From: Clostridiales bacterium
GTDB taxonomy: Bacteria; Bacillota; Clostridia; Oscillospirales; Oscillospiraceae
Assembly (NCBI GenBank): GCA_014799475.1
Contig: JAAVHX010000033.1
Coordinates: forward strand, 21,267-85,266
Length of the DNA: 64,000 nt
Reading direction: 5' to 3'
Of the stretch, positions 8,889-18,437 are shown one piece after another. The position numbers were made by a program, and so were the translations under genes. The notes below the pieces were generated by a model. That model saw only the letters and a list, made by a program, of their open reading frames with translations, did no database searches and was not told the DNA's origin. Position 1 is the first letter of the stretch, and each line of letters opens with the position of its first letter.

Positions 8889-11231
8889 ATGAGAAAGAGT
8901 CTTTTGATTGCCCGCTCCAATATGCGCCGTGCCCGTGGCCAGGCGGTGGCCATCGTCGTGCTGGTCCTCATCGCCGCCATGATGCTCAACCTCTGGCTGA
9001 TGCTGGCCATGGACTACAAGGCCAACTTCGACCGGTATCACGACAAGCTCAATGACGGGCACGTCACCCTGACCGTGGACAGCGACACTCCCGAATTCCG
9101 CGCCTTTCTCACCGAGACGCTGGGGCAGGACGGCCGCGTCGACCAGTTCCGGCTGGACACCTGTATGCACATGGTGGCCAGCTTCGGCTACAACGGCGGC
9201 GAGGCCAACTGTGAGATGATCTTCCTGGACAAGGACGCCGCCCTGTCCCGCACCATCGGGACGGTGGAAATCGTGGAGGAGGGCGGCGGCTCCAGCGGGG
9301 CCTATCTGCCCATGCTCTACAAAACGGGCGAGATCGACCTGGGCAAGTCCATTGAGATCTCCATCGGGAGCACCCAGGTGACCTACACGGTGTGCGGCTT
9401 TTTCAACAGCGTGATGATGGGCTCCCACAACTGTGCCCTGACGGAGCTGATCCTCACCGAGGACAAATACGAGGAGCTGGAGGCGCTGGGATATGCGCCC
9501 CAGGCGGTGCTGTGCTCCGTGCGGCTCCAGGACAAATCGGAGAGCCAGGTATTTGAGGCGGACCTGAAAACGGCGGTGTCCGCCCAGTTTCCGGAGGCCC
9601 GGGCGGTGAGCAATTCCTATGCCATGGTGACCCAGTCCCGTTACATCTCCCAGATGATCTGCTCCGGCGTCATAAGCGTCATGGCCTTCTTTGTGCTGCT
9701 CATCGCGCTGATCGTCATCGCGTCCAACATCATCAACTACATCCAGGTCAACATGAAGGATCTGGGCGCGCTGAAGGCCGTGGGCTACACCTCCCGGCAG
9801 CTGGTGGGCTCCCTGCTGACGCAGTTTCTGGGGCTGTCCCTGGTGGCGGCGGTGGCGGGCGCGGGGCTTTCCTATGCCCTGTTCCCCGGGCTCAACTCCA
9901 TGATGATCGGGCAGACGGGCATCCCCTACGCGCTTCGGTTCCTGCCCGCGCCCTTTGTCCTCACCCTGGCCATTTTAGGCGCGGCGGTGGCGCTCTCGGT
10001 CTGGCTGTCCGCCCGCAGGATCAAACAGATCGAGCCCATCACGGCGCTGCGCTCCGGCCTGTCCACCCACAATTTCAAGCGCAATCATATTCCGCTGGAC
10101 AGGACAAGCGCGCCCCTGGACCTTGCCCTGGCGCTCAAGACCACCCTGTCCGGGCTCAAGCACAATGTGACCGTCTGCGCCACCATGCTGGTGCTGTCCC
10201 TGGTGGTGGTGTTTTCCGGGCTAATGCTGAAAAACATGATCTGGGATATAGCGCCGTTCGTAGATTTGATTACCGGAGAGACGGCGGACGCCGCCATCAA
10301 CGTTCAGGCGGATATTGAGGATGACGTTCTGGCTGAACTGGAGGCAGACAGCCGGGTGGAAAAGGTGTATCTGTACCATGACGCCAAGGTCTGGCACGTG
10401 GGCGGGGTGGAGCTGGATGGCATCCTATGCGATGATTTCGCGCAGGTCAATAACCAGAGCGTGGTATTCGACGGACGATTCCCCAAATTTGACAACGAGA
10501 TCGCCATCGCGGCCAAGTACGCCCGGGAGCAGGGCTTTGCCATCGGGGACGAGATCGAGATCACGTCCAACGGCAGGCAGACGCATTATCTGATCACGGG
10601 CTTCACCCAAATGTCCAACTACCTGGGCCGGGAATGCCTGCTGACCCGGGCGGGCTATGAACGGCTTGGGGCGCTGACCAACGCCACCTATTACCTCAAC
10701 CTTCCCGAGGGGACGGACATCGACGGCTTCAACGCTGAGATGGAGGAGCGGTTTGCCGGAAGCATAAACGCGGCCATCAATATTCAATCAACCTTGGATG
10801 CCATGGCCAGCGTTTACGTCTCGATGATGACGGTGATCGTGGTCGCCATCCTGATGCTGTCCGCCGTTATCATCGCCTTTGTGCTCTACCTGCTGGTGCG
10901 CACCATGCTGAACCAGAAGAGCCGGGATTACGGCGTGATGAAGGCGCTGGGCTTCACCACCGGGCAGCTGATTTTGCAGACGGCCCTGTCCTTCATGCCC
11001 ACGGTGGTTCTGTCCACCGCGCTGGGGCTTGTCGTGTGCAGCTTTATCATCAACCCGCTGATGGCGCTGTTTTTGAGCGGCATCGGGGTCGTCAAATGCA
11101 CGTTTGCCCTCCCGGTGGGATTTATTGCCGCCGCGGGGGCAGGGCTGGTGCTGTTCGCCTTCGGGACGCTGTGCCTGCTGTCCCTGCGGATCAGGAAGAT
11201 CGCCCCAAGGGCGCTGCTCTCTGGGGAATAG
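8889..11231 (+). CDS. FtsX/MacB-like ABC permease
   Basis: Two repeats of a large extracellular domain plus TM bundle; LKAVGYTSRQL and MKALGFTTGQL motifs. Confidence 0.88.
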   Translation: MRKSLLIARSNMRRARGQAVAIVVLVLIAAMMLNLWLMLAMDYKANFDRYHDKLNDGHVTLTVDSDTPEFRAFLTETLGQDGRVDQFRLDTCMHMVASFGYNGGEANCEMIFLDKDAALSRTIGTVEIVEEGGGSSGAYLPMLYKTGEIDLGKSIEISIGSTQVTYTVCGFFNSVMMGSHNCALTELILTEDKYEELEALGYAPQAVLCSVRLQDKSESQVFEADLKTAVSAQFPEARAVSNSYAMVTQSRYISQMICSGVISVMAFFVLLIALIVIASNIINYIQVNMKDLGALKAVGYTSRQLVGSLLTQFLGLSLVAAVAGAGLSYALFPGLNSMMIGQTGIPYALRFLPAPFVLTLAILGAAVALSVWLSARRIKQIEPITALRSGLSTHNFKRNHIPLDRTSAPLDLALALKTTLSGLKHNVTVCATMLVLSLVVVFSGLMLKNMIWDIAPFVDLITGETADAAINVQADIEDDVLAELEADSRVEKVYLYHDAKVWHVGGVELDGILCDDFAQVNNQSVVFDGRFPKFDNEIAIAAKYAREQGFAIGDEIEITSNGRQTHYLITGFTQMSNYLGRECLLTRAGYERLGALTNATYYLNLPEGTDIDGFNAEMEERFAGSINAAINIQSTLDAMASVYVSMMTVIVVAILMLSAVIIAFVLYLLVRTMLNQKSRDYGVMKALGFTTGQLILQTALSFMPTVVLSTALGLVVCSFIINPLMALFLSGIGVVKCTFALPVGFIAAAGAGLVLFAFGTLCLLSLRIRKIAPRALLSGE

Positions 11232-11246
11232 GGCGGGGAGAAACGC

Positions 11247-12089
11247 ATGGAAGCGAATATAAAAAAGCACCCCATACTAGGATGCGTCGTTATATTTGGC
11301 ATATGTGGGTTGGCCAGAGTGATAGAGTATTTTGTCATAAAGACAGATGAGACGGTTATCTCAGAAAACTTTCTGCATAAAGCTTTTGGGATCGTGGTTT
11401 TAGCGGTCGCTCTTCATTTGCTGCATAGCGGCTGGCAAAGTATCGGATTTACAAAGAACGGAATAGCATCCGGGATGGTAAAAGGGCTCGTATTAGGGTG
11501 CGGCTGCTTTATCATAGCCTATTCCATAGAATGCCTTATACTTTACTGGATCAACCAGAACGTATCATTATCTTTTTATATAAGTGGTTTTGCATTAGTT
11601 GGAGAAACGGCAAAGCATAACAGCGTTCTTTTTCTCGCTTTATGTATCGTCTTTAACCTCATCAATGTTTGGATGGAGGAAGGCGTATTCCGCGGCCTGT
11701 TTATGAACATCCTTGCCGAAAAGCTGCCCTTTACCAGCGCCGTGCTGTTTATCGCTTTTTTGTTCGGGATCTGGCATTGGGTCATGCCGTTAAGAGATTA
11801 CATGGAGGAGAACATATCACTAGCCAATCTATTGATAATGGGTGTGGGATATATCATATTGGCTGGAATTATGAGCATAAAATGGTCGCTTCTGTATAGA
11901 ATAACGGGAACGCTGTGGATGGGACTTGGCGACCACTTGTTTAACAATGTGATCGTGACGAATTCATTGCACGTGGTTTCCAATCATGAAGCTGACAGTA
12001 TGCAGATCGTAAGGATTTTAATTGGCCAGCTGCTGTCTTTTTCCATTGTAATGCTATATTACAGGAAAACGATAAAAATCACGCGATAG
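11247..12089 (+). CDS. CPBP (CAAX/Abi) intramembrane metalloprotease
   Basis: EEGVFRG, FGIWH, HLFNN motifs; visibly lower GC than its neighbours. Confidence 0.88.
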   Translation: MEANIKKHPILGCVVIFGICGLARVIEYFVIKTDETVISENFLHKAFGIVVLAVALHLLHSGWQSIGFTKNGIASGMVKGLVLGCGCFIIAYSIECLILYWINQNVSLSFYISGFALVGETAKHNSVLFLALCIVFNLINVWMEEGVFRGLFMNILAEKLPFTSAVLFIAFLFGIWHWVMPLRDYMEENISLANLLIMGVGYIILAGIMSIKWSLLYRITGTLWMGLGDHLFNNVIVTNSLHVVSNHEADSMQIVRILIGQLLSFSIVMLYYRKTIKITR

Positions 12090-12130
12090 CGGCAAAGTTC
12101 AGTTTATCAGGCGGTTATCCCGTTTGCGCC

Positions 12131-12291
12131 TTGACAGGGCGCGTTCATGCTGGTACAATATACCCACAATGGCCGGCAGGAAGCCGGCCCCGGCGTGCCG
12201 AAGCACCCCCTTGCCGCCCGCGTATCCCATCGCGCTGAACTGTGTGCCATGAAGGCGCGCGCTTTCTCCCAGAGAAAGGGCGCGCCTTTTT
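12131..12291 (+). promoter_or_regulatory. SigmaA promoter plus structured 5' leader ending in a terminator (attenuator/riboswitch candidate)
   Basis: TTGACA-17-TACAAT with extended TG; hairpins 12171-12189 and 12195-12206; terminator 12252-12291 before the CDS. Confidence 0.65.
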
Positions 12292-12335
12292 CCGCGCTTT
12301 GGCGGGCAGATTTCGATCAACAAGGAGGAATCCCC

Positions 12336-12896
12336 ATGTCGTCTGTCAAAAAAATCACGATCTGTGCCGTCTGTATTGCTCTGTGCGCTGTGCTGCCCCC
12401 TGTGTTCCATATGCTGGCCCTGGGCAGCGTCCTCTCACCCATGCACATCCCCGTGCTGCTGTGCGGCCTGGCCTGCGGCTGGCCCTACGGCGCGTTCTGC
12501 GGCCTGGCCGGCCCCCTGGTCGCCCACCTGATCAACGGCGCGCCTGCCGCCGCCATGCTGGTGTCCATGGTCCCTGAGCTGGTGGCGTACGGCCTTGTCT
12601 GCGGCCTGCTGATGAAGCTGATCCATACGGGGAATCTCTACGCCGACATTTACTGCGCCCTGGTGCCCGCCATGCTGGTGGGCCGGGTGGTGGGCGGCGT
12701 GGCCCGCGCTCTGTTCCTGATGGGCAGCGGCGGGTCGTACACCCTGGCCATGTGGGCGGGGGCCTATTTTGTGCAGGCCGTTCCCGGCATCATCCTGCAC
12801 CTGATCCTGGTGCCCGCCCTGGTGGTGGCGCTGATGAAGGCCAAGCTGATCCCCGCCCGCTATCCCAGGTCCACGGCGGGGGAGAGGGCCGTGTAA
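12336..12896 (+). CDS. ECF transporter S component, substrate unknown
   Basis: Very hydrophobic, about 6 TMs, PMHIPVLLCGL motif; AAGGAGG RBS. Confidence 0.75.
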   Translation: MSSVKKITICAVCIALCAVLPPVFHMLALGSVLSPMHIPVLLCGLACGWPYGAFCGLAGPLVAHLINGAPAAAMLVSMVPELVAYGLVCGLLMKLIHTGNLYADIYCALVPAMLVGRVVGGVARALFLMGSGGSYTLAMWAGAYFVQAVPGIILHLILVPALVVALMKAKLIPARYPRSTAGERAV

Positions 12897-12928
12897 CGCG
12901 AACGATCGACGAGTCAGGAGGGATCCCC

Positions 12929-13507
12929 ATGAGCCAGGAGTTTACCGCTGTGGCCCCGTTGGTGGAGAAAATTGAGGCGCTGGGCGCCAAACAGGGCCGG
13001 GTCATCGTGGCTCTGGACGGCCGGTGCGCCTCGGGCAAGACCACCCTGGCCCGGGCGCTGGGGGAGCGGTACGGCTGGAGCGTAGTCCACATGGACCACT
13101 TCTTTCCCCGTCCGGAGCAGCGCACCCTGGAGCGGTACGCCCAGCCCGGGGGCAACGTGGATCACGAGCGTTTCCTGGAGGAGATGCTGCTCCCCCTGCG
13201 CCGGGGGGAGAGGCCGGTGTACCGGCCCTTTGACTGCCGCACCCAGGCGCTGTTGGAGTCGATCCCCTTTGAACCGGGCCCGGTGGTGCTGGTGGAGGGA
13301 TCCTACTCCTGCCACCCCGCCCTGTGGGAGTACTACGACCTGCGGGCCTTCCTCACCATCGACCAGTCGCGGCAGATGGAGCGCGTCGCCGCCCGAGAGG
13401 GGGAGGAGCGGGCCCGGGCGTTCCGGGAGAAGTGGATCCCCCTGGAGGAGAAATATTTTTCCGCTTACGAGGTGGAGCAGCGGTGTGAATTCCGGCTGGA
13501 AGGATGA
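12929..13507 (+). CDS. Uridine kinase/PRK-fold P-loop kinase
   Basis: ALDGRCASGKTT, HMDHFF, YRPFDC, VEGSY. Confidence 0.8.
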   Translation: MSQEFTAVAPLVEKIEALGAKQGRVIVALDGRCASGKTTLARALGERYGWSVVHMDHFFPRPEQRTLERYAQPGGNVDHERFLEEMLLPLRRGERPVYRPFDCRTQALLESIPFEPGPVVLVEGSYSCHPALWEYYDLRAFLTIDQSRQMERVAAREGEERARAFREKWIPLEEKYFSAYEVEQRCEFRLEG

Positions 13508-13541
13508 AAAATGCCCGTCTGCTTGGCAGACGGGCATTTTT
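13507..13541. terminator. Bidirectional terminator
   Basis: aaaaatgcccgtctgc-ttg-gcagacgggcattttt between convergent genes. Confidence 0.85.
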
Positions 13542-13544
13542 ATA

Positions 13545-14312
13545 TTACAGCGTCCGAAGCACGTCCGCCACCCGCTCACAGTGGCTGGGGAAGCGTTCCC
13601 TCAAAGCGGGGGCGGCGTCCGCCATGATCCAGGGCCGGCCCGCGATGGACAGCATGGACTCGTCGTTGAAGTTGTCGCCAAAGGCCATGACTTCGTCCAG
13701 GCCGATGCCCAGGGCGGCGCACAGCTGGTTCAGGCCCACCCCCTTGTCCGCCAGGGTGAAGTCCAGCCACTCGGCCCCCGCGATAGCGGCGTGGAAAACC
13801 CCGCCCCATTTGGGGAGCAGGAGCCGCTCCGCCGTCTCTGGCCCGCGGGGGTCGAAGGCGGCGATCTTCACGATGTCCTCGGGCACGTCCTCCGGGCGGG
13901 GCAGGAGGACGATGTTGTTGCCCTTGCTCCGCATCAGCGGGAGGATCTCGTCCCCCTTGGGGCACAGGTAGCTGGTGTCCTCGCCGGAGATGAGCACGTC
14001 CAGCCCCGGCGCGTCCACGATGTCCCGGCACAGGGCCACGGCCCGCTCCTGCCCCATCACGGTCTTGCCCAGCACCGGACCGGGGGAGCCGGGGCCGAAC
14101 ACCACCGCCCCGTTCTCACACAGGAAGGGGATCTTGTCCGCCACTGGGGCGAAGAGCTTGCGCATACTGGTGTACTGCCGCCCGCTGGCGGGGCAGAACA
14201 GGATGCCCTTGTCCGCCAGACGGCGGATCTCCTCAAATATCTCCTCTGGGATGGCATGCTCCCCATAGGGGAGCAAGGTGCCGTCGATGTCGCTGGCGAT
14301 GAGCCGGATCAT
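13545..14312 (-). CDS. Cof-type HAD IIB hydrolase
   Basis: IASDIDGTLL, ASGR, DKG, AFGDNFNDESM; start MIRLIASD with RBS. Confidence 0.9.
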   Translation of the reverse strand: MIRLIASDIDGTLLPYGEHAIPEEIFEEIRRLADKGILFCPASGRQYTSMRKLFAPVADKIPFLCENGAVVFGPGSPGPVLGKTVMGQERAVALCRDIVDAPGLDVLISGEDTSYLCPKGDEILPLMRSKGNNIVLLPRPEDVPEDIVKIAAFDPRGPETAERLLLPKWGGVFHAAIAGAEWLDFTLADKGVGLNQLCAALGIGLDEVMAFGDNFNDESMLSIAGRPWIMADAAPALRERFPSHCERVADVLRTL

Positions 14313-14425
14313 GGCGATCTCTCCTCTCTCTGCTGTCGCCCATATTTTAGCAGGACGGCGGCCCTGTTGTAAAGCCCTGGGCGCGAAAAACAGCGGAGGG
14401 GCGTCCCCTCCGCTGTTTTCTCCTA

Positions 14426-15058
14426 TCATTTTTTGCCCATCAGCTCCTGCCACCACTCGATGAGCCGGAATTTCAGCACATAGCCGCCGTCCTGCCCGGT
14501 GATGAGGGCCACCTGATCCTCGCTCAGCACGCCCTCCGCCGCCGACTCCACGCTCCGCTCCGACACCGAGGCCAGGCACAGGGGCGGGAACACCACGCAC
14601 CACCAGTTTTGGCCCTTGCCCTCGCCGATGGTCACCTTCAGCGCCCGGTACTGCCCGGCGGGCAGGGAGAAGCCGTCGTACTCCTTGGTGGGGAACCACT
14701 GGTCGGCCAGGGTGACGCGCACCGGGTCGGACCGTCCCGTCCGGGCCAGGGCCTCCTCCCCCGCCCGGGCCAGCTCGTCCAGGTGGGGGGCCAGGGCAGC
14801 CTCCGCGTCCCTGCGGTCGGAGACGCCCTCCAGGATCTGGGCCGCCTCGGCCAGCACCGCGTCCCGCACCAGCAGTTTCCTGGCCTGGTCGGAGTCAGAA
14901 TCGGAGTTGGCGATGACGTGGAGCCGCAGCACCCGGTCGGCCAGGGCGCCCTCGCTGGCGGAAGCCCACACGCCCACGGTGAGGGTCAGGCCGAAGGCCA
15001 GCAGCAGCGCGGCCTCCCACAGGCGGAGCCTGGAAGAAGAAAGAGCGGAAAATTTCAT
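14426..15058 (-). CDS. spoIIR: Stage II sporulation protein R
   Basis: RLHVIANSDS, FPTKEY, LPAGQYRAL, GQNWWCVVFPPLC. Confidence 0.93.
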   Translation of the reverse strand: MKFSALSSSRLRLWEAALLLAFGLTLTVGVWASASEGALADRVLRLHVIANSDSDSDQARKLLVRDAVLAEAAQILEGVSDRRDAEAALAPHLDELARAGEEALARTGRSDPVRVTLADQWFPTKEYDGFSLPAGQYRALKVTIGEGKGQNWWCVVFPPLCLASVSERSVESAAEGVLSEDQVALITGQDGGYVLKFRLIEWWQELMGKK

Positions 15059-15111
15059 AAAAACACCGTCCTATGTAGCTTTTTGACATCCCCGTTTTGC
15101 GGGTGTGGCTA

Positions 15112-15141
15112 CAGTATGGACGGTGTTTTTGGCTTTTATAC
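15112..15141 (-). promoter_or_regulatory. Forespore sigmaF/G-type promoter of spoIIR
   Basis: Minus strand GTATA-18-CATACT; spoIIR is sigmaF-dependent in model spore formers. Confidence 0.5.
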
Positions 15142-15155
15142 CGCTGCTGAAAATT

Positions 15156-15347
15156 TATAGTCAAAGCGGTTCAAAAGAAGCATTTGCTTCTTTTGAACTC
15201 TGCGGCGATTCTCACCGCAGGAGGCCGCATAAGCGGCCTCGCTTTGAACTTCATAGGCAGCGCTTGCGCACAATGTGCGCCCCAGTGGGCCATCGGCCCA
15301 CTGGATGAAAAAACGCAATTTGCGTTTTTTCAACTGCGCTGACTATA
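15156..15347. mobile_element. 192-bp MITE-like element with TATA ends
   Basis: Imperfect 27-bp TIRs TATAGTCAAAGCGGTTCAAAAGAAGCA / TATAGTCAGCGCAGTTGAAAAAACGCA and several internal hairpins. Confidence 0.65.
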
Positions 15348-16202
15348 TTGCGCGCCCGCCGGCCCGCACAGGAACACATCCCGATAGCTCTCCCGCAGGC
15401 GCTCACAGGCGGCCTGGGCGCTGTCCAAATCGTCGAACAGCCCGAACACCGCCGGCCCGCTGCCCGACATGGACGCCCCCAGCGCTCCGCAGTCGATGAG
15501 CGCGGCCTTGATGGCGGCGATCTGGTCAAAGCGGCGGCGCTCCAGCACGTCCTCGAATACGTTGTACATCCGCCTTGCCACCCCGGCCAGGTCGCCCGCG
15601 TTCAGGGCGGCCATCACCCCGGCGGTGTCCGGGCGGCGGACGATCTTGCGCACGTTCACCCGGGAGAAGAGCTGAGGGGTGGAGATGGAGAAGGGAGGTT
15701 TGCAGATGACGATGTGGCAGGGGGGGAGCGGAGAGAGGGGGGTGAGGAGTTCCCCCCGGCCCTCGGCCAGGGCGGTGCCGCCCAGCACGCAGAAGGGCAC
15801 GTCGGAGCCGACCATTTCCCCGATCTTCGCCAATTCGGCGGGGGACAGCCCCGCCCCGGTGAGCGCGTTCATGGCCCGCAGCACGGCGGCGGCGTCGGCG
15901 CTGCCCCCGGCCAGCCCCGCGCACACGGGGACGTGCTTTTGGATGGTCACGTCCACCTCGACCCCCAGGCCGGTGGCCTGGCGGAAGGCGGCGGCGGCCA
16001 TCTGGGCCAGGTTCTTGCCGCCGGTGGGCAGGAAGTGGAGGTCGGAGGAGGCCTGCCCCTCCGTCCCCTGGGCGGGGGCGACGGTGAGCGCGTCCGCCAG
16101 GGTGACGGCCTGCATCACCATCTGGAGGTCGTGGTAACCGTCCTCCCGGCGGCGGAGGATGTCCAGGGTGAGGTTGATTTTCGCGTTGGCGGAAAGCTCC
16201 AT
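15330..16202 (-). CDS. ispE: 4-diphosphocytidyl-2-C-methyl-D-erythritol kinase
   Basis: AKINLTLDILRRREDGYHDL, AGLAGGSADAAA, GSDVPF, MSGSG. Confidence 0.95.
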   Translation of the reverse strand: MELSANAKINLTLDILRRREDGYHDLQMVMQAVTLADALTVAPAQGTEGQASSDLHFLPTGGKNLAQMAAAAFRQATGLGVEVDVTIQKHVPVCAGLAGGSADAAAVLRAMNALTGAGLSPAELAKIGEMVGSDVPFCVLGGTALAEGRGELLTPLSPLPPCHIVICKPPFSISTPQLFSRVNVRKIVRRPDTAGVMAALNAGDLAGVARRMYNVFEDVLERRRFDQIAAIKAALIDCGALGASMSGSGPAVFGLFDDLDSAQAACERLRESYRDVFLCGPAGAQYSQRS

Positions 16203-16212
16203 AGCCGTCTCC

Positions 16213-17157
16213 TTATCTGTTCAAGAAGTCCTTGATCTCTTCGGCGATCCGTCCGTATTCAAAATCGTGGACGTAATGGCCGCAGTCCAGCTCGATGAGC
16301 TGGGCGTCCCCGCACTCCGCGGCGAATTCAGACTGAATGGCCCGCCAGTCCTCTTTGGAGAACCCGGTGCCGCCGCTCCCGTCGGAGCAGAACAGCAGGA
16401 AGGGAACCTGCGGAATCCCGCCCGCGGCCACTGTTTTCGCGCTGTCCTTGACGCACAGGGTCTCGTTTACCATGTCGGCGGTCATGGTACGGCGGTAGAA
16501 TATGGCGCGGTAAACGGCTTCTTCGTGTTCGGACAGCGCCCCGCTTTGGATGGCATAGCTGTCGGAAAGGCCGGGGATCAGCCGCGTGATGCCCGCGGAG
16601 GCGGCAAACTGGAGCAGCCGCAGGAGGGGCCCGCTGATTTTCAGCTCCTCATAGGCGGCGGGGGTGGACATATCCAGGCCGATGACGGCGGATACCTCGT
16701 CCGGGTACTTCTGTGCCCAGTACAGAGCCTCGATCCCGGACATGGAGTGGGGGCACAGGATGTAGGGCGGCTCCAGCCCCGCCGCGGCCAGCGCGGCCCG
16801 GGTGTGTTCCAGGATGGTGTCAATGTCCCGGCTTTTGCCTGTAATATCGCTGAATCCATAGCCGAATTTTTCCACCACCGCGATTTGGCAGGTATCGGTA
16901 AGCTGGGAGTACAGGGCCTTAAAGTCCAGGATAGGGGAACAGGTGCCGCCGCCGGACATGAACACGAGAGTGCGTTCGCCTTCGCCCTCCACATAGACGC
17001 TCATGCGTCCGCCGTCCACCTCCACCATCTTCCCCAGGGGAGAGATGAGCGGCTCCTCTCGCTTGAGCTGGATCTGGTGGTTGACTGCGGATATTGCCAG
17101 TAGCAGCACAAAGGCCAAACCGATAGCCGCGATGATGATTAGGATTCTTTTTATCAT
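16213..17157 (-). CDS. Membrane-anchored/secreted alpha/beta hydrolase
   Basis: N-terminal TM, FGYGFSD, PHSMSG nucleophile elbow, C-terminal GHYVH. Confidence 0.85.
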   Translation of the reverse strand: MIKRILIIIAAIGLAFVLLLAISAVNHQIQLKREEPLISPLGKMVEVDGGRMSVYVEGEGERTLVFMSGGGTCSPILDFKALYSQLTDTCQIAVVEKFGYGFSDITGKSRDIDTILEHTRAALAAAGLEPPYILCPHSMSGIEALYWAQKYPDEVSAVIGLDMSTPAAYEELKISGPLLRLLQFAASAGITRLIPGLSDSYAIQSGALSEHEEAVYRAIFYRRTMTADMVNETLCVKDSAKTVAAGGIPQVPFLLFCSDGSGGTGFSKEDWRAIQSEFAAECGDAQLIELDCGHYVHDFEYGRIAEEIKDFLNR

Positions 17158-17169
17158 TGGCTTTCCTCC

Positions 17170-18009
17170 TCAGTGTTCCGCCATGGCCGCGGCAACTGCC
17201 CCGGCCATGGCCCTGCGGTCCAGGGGCCGGTTCAGGAAATGCTCCAGCGCCAGCACCGCCTGGTTCACCAGCATGGGCAGGCCGTTCAGCGTTTTGAGCC
17301 CCCGGCGGCGGGCGTGGGCCAGCAGCTCTGTCTCAGCGGGGTGGTAGATGAGGTCGAACACCCCGGCGTCCGGGGGCAGGGCGTCCAGGAAGGAGAAGTC
17401 CTCGAACTGGTGGGGGCAGCCCTCCATGCCTAAGTTGGTGCAGTTGACCAGCAGCCGGGACTGCCCCGCCATCCGGCGCAGGGTGTCCGGGTCAAACCCG
17501 GCGGGGGCCAGCCGCCCCAGGGGATCGTGGGCGCATAGCTCCTGGGCCCGGGCGAGGGTGCGATTGCATACAAAAACCCGCTCCGCCCCCGCCTGGGACA
17601 GCGCCAGGGCCACCGCCTTGGCCGCGCCCCCCGCCCCCAGAAGGGTGACGGTCAGACCGGCGGGATCAACGCTCAGGCCGTCCCGCAGCGCCGCCACCGC
17701 GCCGACCCCGTCGGTGTTGAAGCCCACCCACTTCCCGTCCCGGAGGCAGACGGTGTTCACCGCGCCCACGATCTCGGCGGCGGGGTCGATTTCATCCAGC
17801 AGGGGGAGCAGATCCTCCTTGTGGGGCATGGTGGCGTTGAAGCCGGTGACGCCGTTTTCCTTTGCCCAGGCCAGGTACTGGGGCAACTCTCCCCGGCGCA
17901 CCACATGGGCGGTATACTCGACATCCAGCCCCAGCAGCCCCAGCATGGCCCCGTGGATGACGGGGGACTTGGAGTGCAGCACCGGGTCGCCAATCACCTG
18001 CAAGCTCAT
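17170..18009 (-). CDS. aroE: Shikimate dehydrogenase
   Basis: HSKSPVIH, NATMPHK, GAVNT, NTDG, GAGGAA, DLIYHP. Confidence 0.95.
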   Translation of the reverse strand: MSLQVIGDPVLHSKSPVIHGAMLGLLGLDVEYTAHVVRRGELPQYLAWAKENGVTGFNATMPHKEDLLPLLDEIDPAAEIVGAVNTVCLRDGKWVGFNTDGVGAVAALRDGLSVDPAGLTVTLLGAGGAAKAVALALSQAGAERVFVCNRTLARAQELCAHDPLGRLAPAGFDPDTLRRMAGQSRLLVNCTNLGMEGCPHQFEDFSFLDALPPDAGVFDLIYHPAETELLAHARRRGLKTLNGLPMLVNQAVLALEHFLNRPLDRRAMAGAVAAAMAEH

Positions 18010-18437
18010 TTGCCGCCCTCCAAAAACCAGTCCATGGCCATGAGATAGCCGTCAAATCCGTGGCCGTAGAGCTGGCCCACGCAGGCGGGGGCGGTGACGG
18101 AAATGGAGCGGAAGGGCTCCCGCTGGTCGATGTGGCTGATGTGTACCTCGTAGGCGGGCACATCCACCGCCTTCAGCGCGTCCAGGATGGCGTAGCTGTA
18201 GTGGGTGTACGCCCCGGGGTTGATGACGATGGCGTCGTACACGCCGTCGGCGGCGTGGATCTCGTCGATGATGGCCCCCTCGTGGTTGGACTGGAAGCAG
18301 TCGGCGGTGGAACCGTGGGCGGCGGCGTGCTCCCGGATGAGGGAACATAGGGCCTCATAGCTCTGGCCGCCGTAGATGCCCGGCTCCCGTTTGCCCAGCA
18401 GGTTCAGGTTGGGGCCGTTGATGATGAGGAATTTCAT
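18006..18437 (-). CDS. aroQ: Type II 3-dehydroquinate dehydratase
   Basis: NGPNLNLLGKREPGIYG, QSNHEG, NPGAYTH, EVHIS. Confidence 0.95.
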   Translation of the reverse strand: MKFLIINGPNLNLLGKREPGIYGGQSYEALCSLIREHAAAHGSTADCFQSNHEGAIIDEIHAADGVYDAIVINPGAYTHYSYAILDALKAVDVPAYEVHISHIDQREPFRSISVTAPACVGQLYGHGFDGYLMAMDWFLEGGK

